Positions 47,672-57,402 are shown, numbered from the stretch's first letter. The stretch is DNA of 64,000 nt from Acutalibacteraceae bacterium (GCA_045601805.1 JAZSAJ010000046.1:11470-75469); one strand, 5' to 3'. Translations and numbers: made by a program. Notes: generated from the letters alone by a model not told the origin.

Positions 47672-49564
47672 ATGATGTTTTTGAAAAAGGTTATAAAAAC
47701 AGTACTCTTATTAATAGGCGATTCGGCTTTAGTTTGGCTTTCCTATTTCTTTGCGTTGCTGTTACGACTTGGCATTTTCCCCGGCGATAAAAGTATATAT
47801 ATAACAAGGTTTATAACAATTTCTCCGCTTTTGGTTTTACCGTTCTTGCTTTGCATGTGGGTTATTGGCAGTTACCGTTCTTTTTTGCAGTTTACCGGTA
47901 TTTCGGAATTAATAAAAACCATTCTTGCTTCATTTAGTTCGGCGGTATTGGCATTTTTGGTGTATTCTGTTACCGTTTTGTATTTACCCAACACAAATAT
48001 AGAAATTCACGACGCTCGTTCATATTTACCGCGCGCAATTTTCTTTATTGCACCCTTTATAGTATCAATTCTTGTGTGCTTCAGCAGAATTGTTATTAGG
48101 TACGCTTATTTACATTACAAAAAGACAACGCGGGAGTCAAAAATGCACGGCAATGCGCTTATTATTGGCGCAGGCGATGCAGGTGCCTTGCTTGTTGATA
48201 ATATAAGAATTAACAACTATATGAAAGACTTGCGTATTGTTGGTATTATTGATGACGACCCATTTAAACTTGGAAAAGAAATTCACGGTATTAGGGTTTT
48301 GGGTAACAGACGCGATATTATAAGTATTGCCAAGAAAAAGAATGTTGACATTATTATATTTGCAATTCCTTCGTGCGATAACGAACAAAAACGCGAAATA
48401 CTTAATATTTGCCAAAAAACCGGTTGTGCTTTAAAAACTTTGCCTCCAATTTATCAACTTACTTCGGGCGACCAAATTTCTGAACGCACCATACGTGACG
48501 TTGATATTAACGATTTGCTTGGCAGAGATGCCATTAAAATTGATTTAAAACAGGTTGAAGAATATGTTGGCGGAAAAATAGTTATGGTAACCGGTGGCGG
48601 CGGCTCTATTGGCAGTGAACTTTGCCGTCAAATTGCAGTGCGCAAACCCAAACAACTTATTATTTTTGATATTTACGAAAACAATGCTTACGAAATTCAA
48701 AACGAATTAAAACGCAATTATCCCGAATTAGATTTAGTTGTGCTTATTGGCTCTGTGCGCGATTCAAAGCGGTTAGAAAAGGTATTTTCAAAATACAAAC
48801 CCGAAATTGTTTACCACGCTGCAGCGCATAAACATGTTCCGCTTATGGAAGACAGCCCCAATGAAGCAATTAAAAATAATGTAATTGGTACACTTAAAAC
48901 CGTTAAAACGGCAGATAGGCACGGCGTACATCGTTTTGTTCTTATTTCAACCGATAAAGCGGTCAACCCAACCAACATTATGGGTGCTTCAAAACGAATT
49001 TGCGAAATGATAGTTCAGTCTTACAACGCTCGTTCAAAAACCGAATTTGTTGCCGTGCGTTTTGGCAATGTTTTGGGTAGCAACGGCAGTGTAATTCCGC
49101 TTTTCAAAAAGCAAATTGAAGCAGGCGGTCCAATTACCGTTACCGACCCCGATATTATTCGTTATTTTATGACAATTCCCGAAGCAGTTTCGCTTGTTCT
49201 TCAAGCCGGCGCTACTGCAAAGGGCGGGGAGATTTTTGTGCTTGATATGGGAAAACCGGTAAGAATTCTTGATATGGCTGAAAATATGATAAAACTTTCG
49301 GGCTTTACTCCGTATGTTGACATTGATATAAGGTTTATTGGCCTTCGTCCCGGTGAAAAGAAATATGAAGAACTTTTAATGGACGAAGAGGGACTTGAAA
49401 AAACCGATAACAATCTTATTTATATTGGCAAACCTATTGAGTTTAACGAAGAGGATTTGTGGAATAAAATAGGCGCACTTGAAGCAGTTATGTACGATGA
49501 TTCGGTTGATTTGCGCCCAATGGTTAAGGAACTTGTTCCAACTTATAGAATTCCTAATAGCTGA
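47672..49564 (+). CDS. Membrane-anchored polysaccharide biosynthesis protein, CapD-like NDP-sugar 4,6-dehydratase/epimerase
   Basis: 630 aa. 4-5 N-terminal TM helices, then Rossmann motifs IIGAGDAG and VTGGGGSIGSEL, and YHAAAHKHVPLME. Confidence 0.85.
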   Translation: MMFLKKVIKTVLLLIGDSALVWLSYFFALLLRLGIFPGDKSIYITRFITISPLLVLPFLLCMWVIGSYRSFLQFTGISELIKTILASFSSAVLAFLVYSVTVLYLPNTNIEIHDARSYLPRAIFFIAPFIVSILVCFSRIVIRYAYLHYKKTTRESKMHGNALIIGAGDAGALLVDNIRINNYMKDLRIVGIIDDDPFKLGKEIHGIRVLGNRRDIISIAKKKNVDIIIFAIPSCDNEQKREILNICQKTGCALKTLPPIYQLTSGDQISERTIRDVDINDLLGRDAIKIDLKQVEEYVGGKIVMVTGGGGSIGSELCRQIAVRKPKQLIIFDIYENNAYEIQNELKRNYPELDLVVLIGSVRDSKRLEKVFSKYKPEIVYHAAAHKHVPLMEDSPNEAIKNNVIGTLKTVKTADRHGVHRFVLISTDKAVNPTNIMGASKRICEMIVQSYNARSKTEFVAVRFGNVLGSNGSVIPLFKKQIEAGGPITVTDPDIIRYFMTIPEAVSLVLQAGATAKGGEIFVLDMGKPVRILDMAENMIKLSGFTPYVDIDIRFIGLRPGEKKYEELLMDEEGLEKTDNNLIYIGKPIEFNEEDLWNKIGALEAVMYDDSVDLRPMVKELVPTYRIPNS

Positions 49565-49579
49565 TAAATTTCAAAAAAA

Positions 49580-49607
49580 GTAACCCAATATATTGGGTTG
49601 CTTTTTT
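49580..49607 (+). terminator. Intrinsic terminator
   Basis: GTAACCCAAT/ATTGGGTTGC stem followed by T6. Confidence 0.8.
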
Positions 49608-49624
49608 ATTTAATAACAAAATAC

Positions 49625-49653
49625 TTGACAAATGCACAAAAATAATTTATTAT
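49625..49653 (+). promoter_or_regulatory. Sigma-A promoter candidate (TTGACA-17 nt-TATTAT)
   Basis: Hexamers at 49625-49630 and 49648-49653. Confidence 0.5.
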
Positions 49654-49687
49654 TATAATAATTATTAGTGGTTTTGATGGTGTTTTA

Positions 49688-50263
49688 ATGGAAAAGTCCG
49701 AAAAACAGGTGTTTTTTGAACAATGCGATGAATATCTTGTGCAAAAAGCCCAAATGGGTGACGAAGGTTCATTGCAGGTTCTTTTAAATAAATACAGGCC
49801 AACTGTTGAATATTTAGCTTCCGGTTTTTCGGTTTCGGCAGATGAAAGAAAAGATTTAATTCAAGAAGGGTTAATTGCTTTATGCTTTGCCGTTAAGGTT
49901 TACGACGCTAAACAATCATCTTATAAAACCTTTGCTACGCTTTGTGCAAAAAGGGCAATAATATCGGCTTTAAGAAAAACTTCCAAAACGGGTATTGTTA
50001 CAAAAGAACTTGCTTTAGCGGAAAATTTTTGTGAAGTCGGTTTAGATAACAATCCCGAAACTTCTTTTATTGATAGGGAAAGTTTTAATGATTTTTCAAA
50101 TAAAATAAAACTGGCTTTGTCTGATTTTGAATATAATGTTTTAACAGCGTTTTTAAAATATTCAAATTATACCGAAATTTGCGAAAATTTGGGTATAACA
50201 AGAAAAGAGGCAGATAATGCCTTACAGCGTGCCAGACGAAAAATTAAGAAATTAACGGTGTAA
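49688..50263 (+). CDS. Sigma-70 family RNA polymerase sigma factor, SigH-like
   Basis: 191 aa. Region 2 (DLIQEGLIALCFAVKVYD..SYKTFATLCAKRAIISALR) resembles SigH. C-terminal region 4 HTH (YTEICENLGITRKEADNALQRARRKI). Confidence 0.7.
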   Translation: MEKSEKQVFFEQCDEYLVQKAQMGDEGSLQVLLNKYRPTVEYLASGFSVSADERKDLIQEGLIALCFAVKVYDAKQSSYKTFATLCAKRAIISALRKTSKTGIVTKELALAENFCEVGLDNNPETSFIDRESFNDFSNKIKLALSDFEYNVLTAFLKYSNYTEICENLGITRKEADNALQRARRKIKKLTV

Positions 50264-50373
50264 ACTGTTAACATATTTGCCCGTGTAGCTTAATATAGCA
50301 GAGCGTTGAAGTCAGCAAAGATGTCGGTGCAATTCCGTCCTGGGCTAAAAACCAAACAAGAGAGGTAAAAATA

Positions 50374-50658
50374 ATGTTTGAAGACAAAACACTAGTTTGC
50401 AAGGACTGCGGAGAAGAATTCGTATTCACTGCAAGAGAACAAGAATTCTATGAATCGAAAGGATTCGCTAATGAACCGCAGCGTTGTAAACCCTGCCGCG
50501 ACAAGCGTAAAAATGCAGCAAGAGCTCCCAGAGAAATGTTTGAAACAACTTGCAGTGCTTGCGGTGGTGTTGCAAAGGTTCCTTTCCAACCCAGAGAAGA
50601 CCGTCCGGTTTATTGCAGCGAATGCTTTGCAAAAATGAAGGAAAATTCGGAAGAATAA
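50374..50658 (+). CDS. Zinc-ribbon protein with two CxxC-x17-CxxC modules
   Basis: 94 aa. CKDCGEEFVFTAREQEFYESKGFANEPQRCKPC and CSACGGVAKVPFQPREDRPVYCSEC. GAGAGG SD. Confidence 0.75.
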   Translation: MFEDKTLVCKDCGEEFVFTAREQEFYESKGFANEPQRCKPCRDKRKNAARAPREMFETTCSACGGVAKVPFQPREDRPVYCSECFAKMKENSEE

Positions 50659-50678
50659 TATATACTTGTGATATATTG

Positions 50679-50711
50679 CCGCTTACATTATTGTAGGCGG
50701 TTTTCTTTTTT
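50679..50711 (+). terminator. Intrinsic terminator
   Basis: CCGCTTACA-TTAT-TGTAGGCGG (one G-U pair) followed by TTTTCTTTTTT. Confidence 0.7.
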
Positions 50712-50790
50712 AAAAAAGTTTAATTTTATTTACACTTTATTAATAGAAATGTGGTAAAATACAAAAAGAAAAGTTTAGGAGGCGTAAAAA

Positions 50791-51477
50791 ATGGATAAAC
50801 GAAAGATACTTATTGTGGATGACGATGAAAATATATGCGAACTTTTAAGGCTGTATCTTGAAAAAGACGGTTTTGATACTTTTTGTGTTTTTGACGGTGA
50901 AAGTGCTGTTAAGCATAATGAAAGTTACGCCCCCGATTTAATTTTGCTTGATATTATGCTGCCCAAGTTAGACGGTTGGCAGGTTTGCCGCGAAATTAGA
51001 AAAAACTTTGATACCCCAATTATTATGTTAACGGCAAAGGGCGAAACCTTTGATAGAATTTTAGGCCTTGAACTTGGTGCCGACGATTATGTTACAAAAC
51101 CATTTGATACCAAAGAGGTAATTGCAAGGGTTAAAGCGGTTTTGCGCAGAAGTGTTGAAAATAACCGCAAAGATGTTAAAGAAGTAATTTATGATAAACT
51201 TAAAATAAATTTAACCAATTACGAACTTATTGTTGACGGCAAACAAATTGATACACCGCCAAAAGAACTTGAACTAATTTACCATTTAGCAAGTAATCCC
51301 AATAGAGTATATACTCGCGACCAACTTTTAGATGAAGTGTGGGGTTTTGATTATTACGGTGATTCGCGCACGGTAGATGTTCATGTTAAACGCTTAAGGG
51401 AAAAACTTGAAAACATATCAGATAAATGGTCGCTGAAAACCGTTTGGGGTGTTGGTTATAAATTTGAGGCAAAATAA
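50791..51477 (+). CDS. OmpR/PhoB family response regulator
   Basis: 228 aa. Receiver domain (ILIVDDDE..DLILLDIMLPKLDG..MLTAKG) plus a winged-helix output domain. Confidence 0.9.
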   Translation: MDKRKILIVDDDENICELLRLYLEKDGFDTFCVFDGESAVKHNESYAPDLILLDIMLPKLDGWQVCREIRKNFDTPIIMLTAKGETFDRILGLELGADDYVTKPFDTKEVIARVKAVLRRSVENNRKDVKEVIYDKLKINLTNYELIVDGKQIDTPPKELELIYHLASNPNRVYTRDQLLDEVWGFDYYGDSRTVDVHVKRLREKLENISDKWSLKTVWGVGYKFEAK

Positions 51478-51479
51478 AA

Positions 51480-52916
51480 ATGAAATTAAACACCTTTAAA
51501 AAGTATTTTTTAATGATTTCTGTTTTGTTTTTAGTTTGTATAACATTTATAATGTCAACACTTGTTTTTCTTACAAATAACTATTTGGCCGACGAAAAAT
51601 ATAAAACGCTTACTACAGTTTGTGAAGCGGTTACGCGGTATAGTTTGGTTGATTACCGTTCAAGCGGTTATGTACGAAATATTTACAATATTTCGCGTGC
51701 AATTGCTACAACCGAAAGTAATACAGTTATAGTAGTGTTAGATAAAAATGCTTCGGCAATTTGTTGCACTTGTGAAGAATTTAATCTTGGCGGAAAATGT
51801 CAGCACGCAAAAAACAGTTATCCCGCAGATTTTATTAAAAGGGCAGAGGCAGGAACTGTAAACGAAGTAACACGGCTTGGCTCGGTTTTTAATGATATTC
51901 ATTATCTTTCGGCAAATGCCATTACAGATTTAGTAGATAACAGCCGTATAGGTTATGTGTTTGCCGCAACCCCTGCTTCTGGGTTTAGCGATTTTCTTAA
52001 AGATATTTTAAAAATTTATTTATTTTCTGCCATTGTTCCTGTTGTAATTATGTTCTTTGTGTTGTATTATATGACACATAGGTGGAATAAACCGCTTATC
52101 TTAATGTCAAAGGCAGCAAAATCAATGGCGAAGGGCGATTTTTCTAACAGAATACCAATTACAAGCGACGACGAAATAGGTCAACTTGCAAAGTCGTTTA
52201 ACCAAATGACAAATTCGCTTGTTGAACTTGAAAATATGCGCCGTGGTTTTATTGCCAATGTTTCGCACGAACTTCGTACCCCAATGACAACCATTGGCGG
52301 TTTTATTGACGGAATTATTGACGGAACAATAGAAAAAGACAAACAAGAATATTATTTAAAAATTGTTTCTGCCGAAATAAAACGCCTATCGCGTCTTGTT
52401 CAGGGAATGTTAAGTCTTTCAAAATTAGAAGCGCGCGAAACCAAAATAAACCCTGCTTCGTTTGATTTTTCAAAACTTTTGTTAGATATTGTAATAAGCC
52501 AAGAAAAACGAATTGAAAGCAAAAACCTAAATATAATTGGGCTTGATGAAATTGAAAGTTATACGCTTTATGCCGATAGGGATTTAATATATCAAGCGGT
52601 ATTTAATCTTTGCGATAACGCTATTAAGTTTACAAACGAAAACGGAAATATAACCTTTAAGCTAAAAAGAATGGGCAATATGCTTCAGTTTTCAATAACA
52701 AACAGCGGCGAAGGTATTAACGAAAAAGATTTGCCCTTTATTTTTGAAAGGTTTTATAAAGGCGATAAGGCGCGGTCACAGGTTAAAGATAGCACTGGTC
52801 TTGGGCTTTATTTGGTAAAAACAATAATAAAAATACACGGCGGAAAGGTATTTGTTCAAAGCGAAGAAGGCAAATATACGCAGTTTGGATTTTCTTTACC
52901 GCTTGAAAATATATAG
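51480..52916 (+). CDS. Sensor histidine kinase (HAMP-HisKA-HATPase)
   Basis: 478 aa. Two TM helices flank an extracytoplasmic domain of about 140 aa. H-box FIANVSHELRTPMT, N-box NLCDNAIKF, G-box GLGLYLVK. Confidence 0.9.
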   Translation: MKLNTFKKYFLMISVLFLVCITFIMSTLVFLTNNYLADEKYKTLTTVCEAVTRYSLVDYRSSGYVRNIYNISRAIATTESNTVIVVLDKNASAICCTCEEFNLGGKCQHAKNSYPADFIKRAEAGTVNEVTRLGSVFNDIHYLSANAITDLVDNSRIGYVFAATPASGFSDFLKDILKIYLFSAIVPVVIMFFVLYYMTHRWNKPLILMSKAAKSMAKGDFSNRIPITSDDEIGQLAKSFNQMTNSLVELENMRRGFIANVSHELRTPMTTIGGFIDGIIDGTIEKDKQEYYLKIVSAEIKRLSRLVQGMLSLSKLEARETKINPASFDFSKLLLDIVISQEKRIESKNLNIIGLDEIESYTLYADRDLIYQAVFNLCDNAIKFTNENGNITFKLKRMGNMLQFSITNSGEGINEKDLPFIFERFYKGDKARSQVKDSTGLGLYLVKTIIKIHGGKVFVQSEEGKYTQFGFSLPLENI

Positions 52917-52924
52917 GAGGCACT

Positions 52925-54163
52925 ATGGAAGATTTTGAAAACAAGGATTTAAACGAAGAAATAACCGAAGAAATTATTGAGGAAAAAACCGAAACCGAAG
53001 AAGAAATACCTTCGTTTGAAAACTTAAACCCGTATAAAAACCTTGAAAAAATTGAATACGGTGAAATTAAAAAGGAAACAAAACCGGCTGGTGTAAGGGT
53101 GTTTGCGCTAATTATGGCGTTTATATTTACCGCCACTATTTTTTGTACGGTTGGCTATATTTTAGGAAGCAACCGTAAATATAATATAAATCCTGGAACA
53201 ACGGTGCTTGATTTAGAAGACAGACCAACCACCGAAGTTTACACAACTTCGCAGGTGTATGAAATTGTTAATAAATCGGTTGTTGGCATTACCGTTTATA
53301 ATAATGGTGGTGAAGGCGCTGTTGCTTCGGGTGTTGTTTATACCGAAGACGGTTATATAATTACAAACGACCACATTTACGACGGTGTAAAGGGCGCAAA
53401 GTTCAAAATAACCACCTACGACGGCAAAATTTACGATGCCGTTTTTGTGGCCGGCGATACAAGAAGCGATTTGGCTGTTTTAAAAATTGACGGCAACGGC
53501 TTTTTCCCTGCAACATTCGGCAATTCCGACCAAGTGGTGTTGGGTGAAACGGTTGTTGCTATTGGCAGACCCGATGGGTTAGAAGAAAACAGTATAACAA
53601 GAGGTGTAATTTCTTTAAGAGAAAGGCGCGTTAGCATTAACACTTCTTATTCAATGCGCTTAATTCAAACCGATGCCCCAATAAACCCCGGTAATTCGGG
53701 TGGTGTGCTTGTAAATATGTACGGTCAGGTAATTGGTATAACTTCCTCTAAAATAAGCAGTACCGATTACGAAGGTATTGGTTTTGCCATTCCCACAACC
53801 GTTGCCAAAGGCATTGTGGAATCGCTAATTAAAAACGGCAATGTTAATAACCGTTCACGCCTTGGTATAAGTTATAAGGAAGTTGACGCCATTACCAAGG
53901 AAATAAACGGAATTGCGGTAACGGGAATTATGATAGCCGAGGTTGACCAATCAAGCGGTCTTTACGGTAAGGTAAAGGTTGGCGATATTATAACCGCCGT
54001 AAACGGCAACGAAGTAACCAACGATGATGTTGTTCTTAATATAATTGAATCAACCCCACCCGAAACCGAACTTGAATTTACCGTTTATTCCGAAAACGGA
54101 AGTTATTATAAAGTTAAAGCAAAACTTTTAGCCGACCAAGGCAGTTCAAGTTATAAACAATAA
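52925..54163 (+). CDS. HtrA/DegP-type trypsin-like serine protease with PDZ domain
   Basis: 412 aa. Acidic N-terminus, TM anchor, the catalytic triad context (TNDHI, DLAVLKI, GNSGGVLVN) and a C-terminal PDZ. Confidence 0.9.
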   Translation: MEDFENKDLNEEITEEIIEEKTETEEEIPSFENLNPYKNLEKIEYGEIKKETKPAGVRVFALIMAFIFTATIFCTVGYILGSNRKYNINPGTTVLDLEDRPTTEVYTTSQVYEIVNKSVVGITVYNNGGEGAVASGVVYTEDGYIITNDHIYDGVKGAKFKITTYDGKIYDAVFVAGDTRSDLAVLKIDGNGFFPATFGNSDQVVLGETVVAIGRPDGLEENSITRGVISLRERRVSINTSYSMRLIQTDAPINPGNSGGVLVNMYGQVIGITSSKISSTDYEGIGFAIPTTVAKGIVESLIKNGNVNNRSRLGISYKEVDAITKEINGIAVTGIMIAEVDQSSGLYGKVKVGDIITAVNGNEVTNDDVVLNIIESTPPETELEFTVYSENGSYYKVKAKLLADQGSSSYKQ

Positions 54164-54168
54164 GAACG

Positions 54169-54205
54169 AATCTCCCACACAAATTGTGTGGGAGATTTAT
54201 TTTAT
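54169..54205 (+). terminator. Intrinsic terminator
   Basis: 12-bp stem AATCTCCCACAC/GTGTGGGAGATT followed by a T-rich run. Confidence 0.8.
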
Positions 54206-54216
54206 TTAGGCAAAAA

Positions 54217-54250
54217 TACGACATATTTTTAAGGTGTAAGGGTATATAAT
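54217..54250 (+). promoter_or_regulatory. spoIIG-type promoter candidate with Spo0A-box-like element
   Basis: TACGACA (54217-54223) resembles the 0A box TTCGACA and a -35. TATAAT is at 54245-54250, 21 nt downstream, similar to the long spacer of the B. subtilis spoIIG promoter. Confidence 0.35.
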
Positions 54251-54281
54251 TAAGTTACACTTTTTAAAAGGAGTGTGAAAA

Positions 54282-55082
54282 ATGGTTGTATACATAGATG
54301 TTTTAATCTTTTTAAATGCGGTGGTAGATTACTTCATTTTACTACTTGCAAGTTTTTTTGCAGAACGCAAAATAAAAGAATGGCGGCTTATGCTGTCGTC
54401 CTTTCTTTCGGCACTTGGTTCACTGTACATATTCGCCCCTAAAACTAATATGTTTTTTGACTTTTTATTTAAGGCGCTTTTTTCACTAATAATTACATTA
54501 ACTGCATTTGGATATAAAAAATTAAGAATTTTTTTAAAAGCATATTTTTGCTTTTTTGGTGTATCGTTGCTTTATTGCGGGTTAGCAGTTCTTTTGTGGA
54601 CAGTTTTTACACCCAACAAAATGGTTATAAAAAATTCGGTTGTGTATTTTAATATTTCGCTAACGCAAATGCTAATTTTTACTGTGGCAGGGTATATAAT
54701 TATACGAATTATTCGTTTTTTTGTAACCAAAAGCGCGCCCCATTCAAAACGCGCCGAACTTTCGCTAAACAACAATAATACTTGTGTTAATATAAGCGCT
54801 TTGGTGGATAGCGGAAATTCTTTAAAAGACATTTACCAAAACCGAAAGATAATTATAACCGATAATAAAACAGCCACAGAACTTTTTGGGAATTTAGAAG
54901 AAAAATTACCGCTTCTTTTGCCCTGCAAAACAATAAGCGGAAGTTCTTTTGTAAAGGCATACAGTTTAAAAAAGGCAACGGTAAACAATACACCCATTTA
55001 TAATGTTTTGGTTGCAGTTTGCAATATTCAATTTAATGACGACTATAGGGCAATAGTAAGCCCCGATATTTTGGAGGAATAG
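54282..55082 (+). CDS. spoIIGA: Sigma-E processing peptidase SpoIIGA
   Basis: 266 aa. [22 protein letters not shown], 5 TM helices, aspartic protease motif ALVDSGNSL. Confidence 0.85.
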   Translation: MVVYIDVLIFLNAVVDYFILLLASFFAERKIKEWRLMLSSFLSALGSLYIFAPKTNMFFDFLFKALFSLIITLTAFGYKKLRIFLKAYFCFFGVSLLYCGLAVLLWTVFTPNKMVIKNSVVYFNISLTQMLIFTVAGYIIIRIIRFFVTKSAPHSKRAELSLNNNNTCVNISALVDSGNSLKDIYQNRKIIITDNKTATELFGNLEEKLPLLLPCKTISGSSFVKAYSLKKATVNNTPIYNVLVAVCNIQFNDDYRAIVSPDILEE

Positions 55083-55084
55083 TT

Positions 55085-55789
55085 ATGATATTAAGATTTA
55101 TTAAAAAGATATTTTTGTATATTAAATTAAAATTTGCAAACAGCGTTTTTTATATTGGCGGAAGTGAAACTTTGCCGCCGCCGTTAACAACAGAAGAAGA
55201 GCAAGAACTTCTTAAAGATTACGACAGCCAAAACGCCTACGCACGCGAAAAACTTATTGTGCATAATTTAAGATTGGTGGTTTATATTGCAAAAAAATAT
55301 GAATCGCCAAAGGTTTTGGCAGAAGATTTAGTCTCAATAGGCACAATTGGGCTTATAAAGGCGGTAAACACCTTTAATCCGCAAAAGAACATAAAACTTG
55401 CAACATACGCTTCAAGGTGTATTGAAAACGAAATATTAATGCACTTAAGAAAAACGGCTTCGCTAAAAAGCGAAATATCAATAGACGAACCGCTTAATAT
55501 TGATTATGACGGAAACGAATTGTTGCTTTCAGATATATTGGGGAGCGACGGCGAAGAAATAGGAAACAGAATTGAAAGGGAAGACGAAAAGAATTTAATT
55601 AACCAACTAATAAAACAGTTGAACCCACGCGAACGGGAAATAATGGAAATGCGTTTTGCACTTTCCGGTAAAGAAGAATACACACAAAAGCAGGTGGCCG
55701 ATGCTTTGGGAATTTCGCAGTCGTACATTTCACGGCTTGAAAAACGAATTATAAATAAGTTAAAACACCAAATTGAAAAGGTTTCATAA
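55085..55789 (+). CDS. sigE: Sporulation sigma factor SigE (pro-sigma-E)
   Basis: 234 aa. Pro-sequence then [21 protein letters not shown], region 2 [28 protein letters not shown], region 4 [21 protein letters not shown]. Confidence 0.9.
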   Translation: MILRFIKKIFLYIKLKFANSVFYIGGSETLPPPLTTEEEQELLKDYDSQNAYAREKLIVHNLRLVVYIAKKYESPKVLAEDLVSIGTIGLIKAVNTFNPQKNIKLATYASRCIENEILMHLRKTASLKSEISIDEPLNIDYDGNELLLSDILGSDGEEIGNRIEREDEKNLINQLIKQLNPREREIMEMRFALSGKEEYTQKQVADALGISQSYISRLEKRIINKLKHQIEKVS

Positions 55790-55796
55790 TAAAAAA

Positions 55797-55823
55797 CCGC
55801 TTGAATATTCAAGCGGCTTTTTG
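55797..55823. terminator. Bidirectional intrinsic terminator
   Basis: CCGCTTGAA/TTCAAGCGG palindrome with A6 upstream and T5 downstream, between convergent sigE and the SBP gene. Confidence 0.8.
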
Positions 55824-57311
55824 CTATTTTTTTCTTACAAACGAAAAATCAATAGTTCCGTTTCCAAGGTCGGTTACAACCGAACTTAAGTTTTTAGAAT
55901 AAGCAATAACAGAATTTTGAAAAGCAAGCGGTACAATTAAGTAATTTGAATAAACTGCAGTTTGAATTTCTGCTAAATCTTTTTCGCCAAAAGTAACATT
56001 TTCGTACCCAAGTTCTTTAATGTAAGGAGCTGCATCTTTGTCGGTAATTTCAATAGGGTAAACCGAAATTGCATTTACATAAGAACTTGCGGCATTTTTT
56101 GCTTCGCTTAAAGTTACCGGTTTAATGTTGATATATGCGCCAAGATTATTTTGCCAATGACCAACAATGTTGTTAATTGGCGTTAAGAACGATGGGTCGT
56201 TGTAATAATAAAGGGTTGTTGAGGGTAAACGCTTTCCGGGCAATTCTTTAATTGCATTGCTAAAAAGATTTTTAGCCGCATAAATATCGTAACCATCAAA
56301 CCCAACACCGTTTAATTGAAGTTTTGTAACACAGGTTGGGAAGTAAGAATGTGCCGCGGTATAACCAATTCCAAGGTTGCCGGAATAAAGGTTTTTATCA
56401 ATGCTTAAAATAAAGGCTTTTCTTAAATTTTCAGAAAAACTTGCAGGGAATTTTATAACCCAAACAATATTATCTTCTTGATTTGTTACAAGCCCTGCGG
56501 AATTTGCAGCAACAGTATCGTTAGGTGAAATGTGGGCAATATCAACGCTTGATTTTGTAAGCATATCAAGGTTGTTCTTTTCGGTGTTGTTTGAAAGGAA
56601 AATCGCAGTGTTCTTTGCGGTAAATTCGCCGTAATACATTTCGTTTCTGTAAAGCCGTGCAGCAAAATCTTCCTTTGTCCACTTAGATAGTTTATAGGAA
56701 CCGTTTGTTAAAATCTTATCTTTTTTAAGACCGTATTCGCCTTTGCAAGATTTAAAGAATTCGCGGTTGCAAGGCATAAAGGGCGCACTTGTAAGTTTGT
56801 CTAAAAAATCGGGGTCTTCTTTATCCATAACAACAACAAATGTGCTGCTGTCTTTGGCTTTAACACCAAGATTTTCGGCAGAAACAGCGCCCGTAGCAAT
56901 AATATCGGCATTTAAAATTGTTGAAAACTTTGCGGCAAAGGGCGATTTTGTGGCTGGGTCAACCGCGCGTGTAAAGGCAAAAACAAAATCATCGGCAGTT
57001 ATATTGCTTCCGTCACTCCAACAAGCACTGGGGGAAATATTAAATGTGTAAACTTTATCGTAATAGGTGTAATCTTCAATAACACCGTTTACAATTTCGC
57101 CGTTTTCGTTGTATCTAAACAAGCCCTCAAAAAGATTTCTTACCATCATTAGTTCCGATTCGCTTTGAGCAAGTTGAGGGTCAATAATTGTGGGCGGATT
57201 ATCAACTTCGCAATAAACAACCGCATTGCTGCTGCCTTTACAACTGCAGCAAACCGAAAGTAGCAATACAACACAAAGAAAAACAGCAAAAAACTTGCTA
57301 ACCGTTTTCAT
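55824..57311 (-). CDS. Peptide/oligopeptide ABC transporter substrate-binding lipoprotein (family 5, OppA-like)
   Basis: I moved the start to ATG 57311 (AAGGGGA SD). Lipobox-like LLSVCCSC. SBP_bac_5 features (NPPTIIDPQLAQSESE..VRNLFEGLFR). Confidence 0.8.
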   Translation of the reverse strand: MKTVSKFFAVFLCVVLLLSVCCSCKGSSNAVVYCEVDNPPTIIDPQLAQSESELMMVRNLFEGLFRYNENGEIVNGVIEDYTYYDKVYTFNISPSACWSDGSNITADDFVFAFTRAVDPATKSPFAAKFSTILNADIIATGAVSAENLGVKAKDSSTFVVVMDKEDPDFLDKLTSAPFMPCNREFFKSCKGEYGLKKDKILTNGSYKLSKWTKEDFAARLYRNEMYYGEFTAKNTAIFLSNNTEKNNLDMLTKSSVDIAHISPNDTVAANSAGLVTNQEDNIVWVIKFPASFSENLRKAFILSIDKNLYSGNLGIGYTAAHSYFPTCVTKLQLNGVGFDGYDIYAAKNLFSNAIKELPGKRLPSTTLYYYNDPSFLTPINNIVGHWQNNLGAYINIKPVTLSEAKNAASSYVNAISVYPIEITDKDAAPYIKELGYENVTFGEKDLAEIQTAVYSNYLIVPLAFQNSVIAYSKNLSSVVTDLGNGTIDFSFVRKK

Positions 57312-57402
57312 TTTAAAAAATCCCCTTAAAAATAAATCTATAAACCTATTATACATAATAATATTCTTGTTTTCAACCATAAAAATATGTAAATATAAAT
57401 AC

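Noticed and set aside
57380-57402. AAAATATGTAAATATAAAT, considered as a dif/XerCD-like site
   Set aside because: It only partially resembles the XerD arm (TTATGTAAACT) of the Firmicute dif site and has no matching XerC arm. The region is better explained as the ylxM-ffh promoter.
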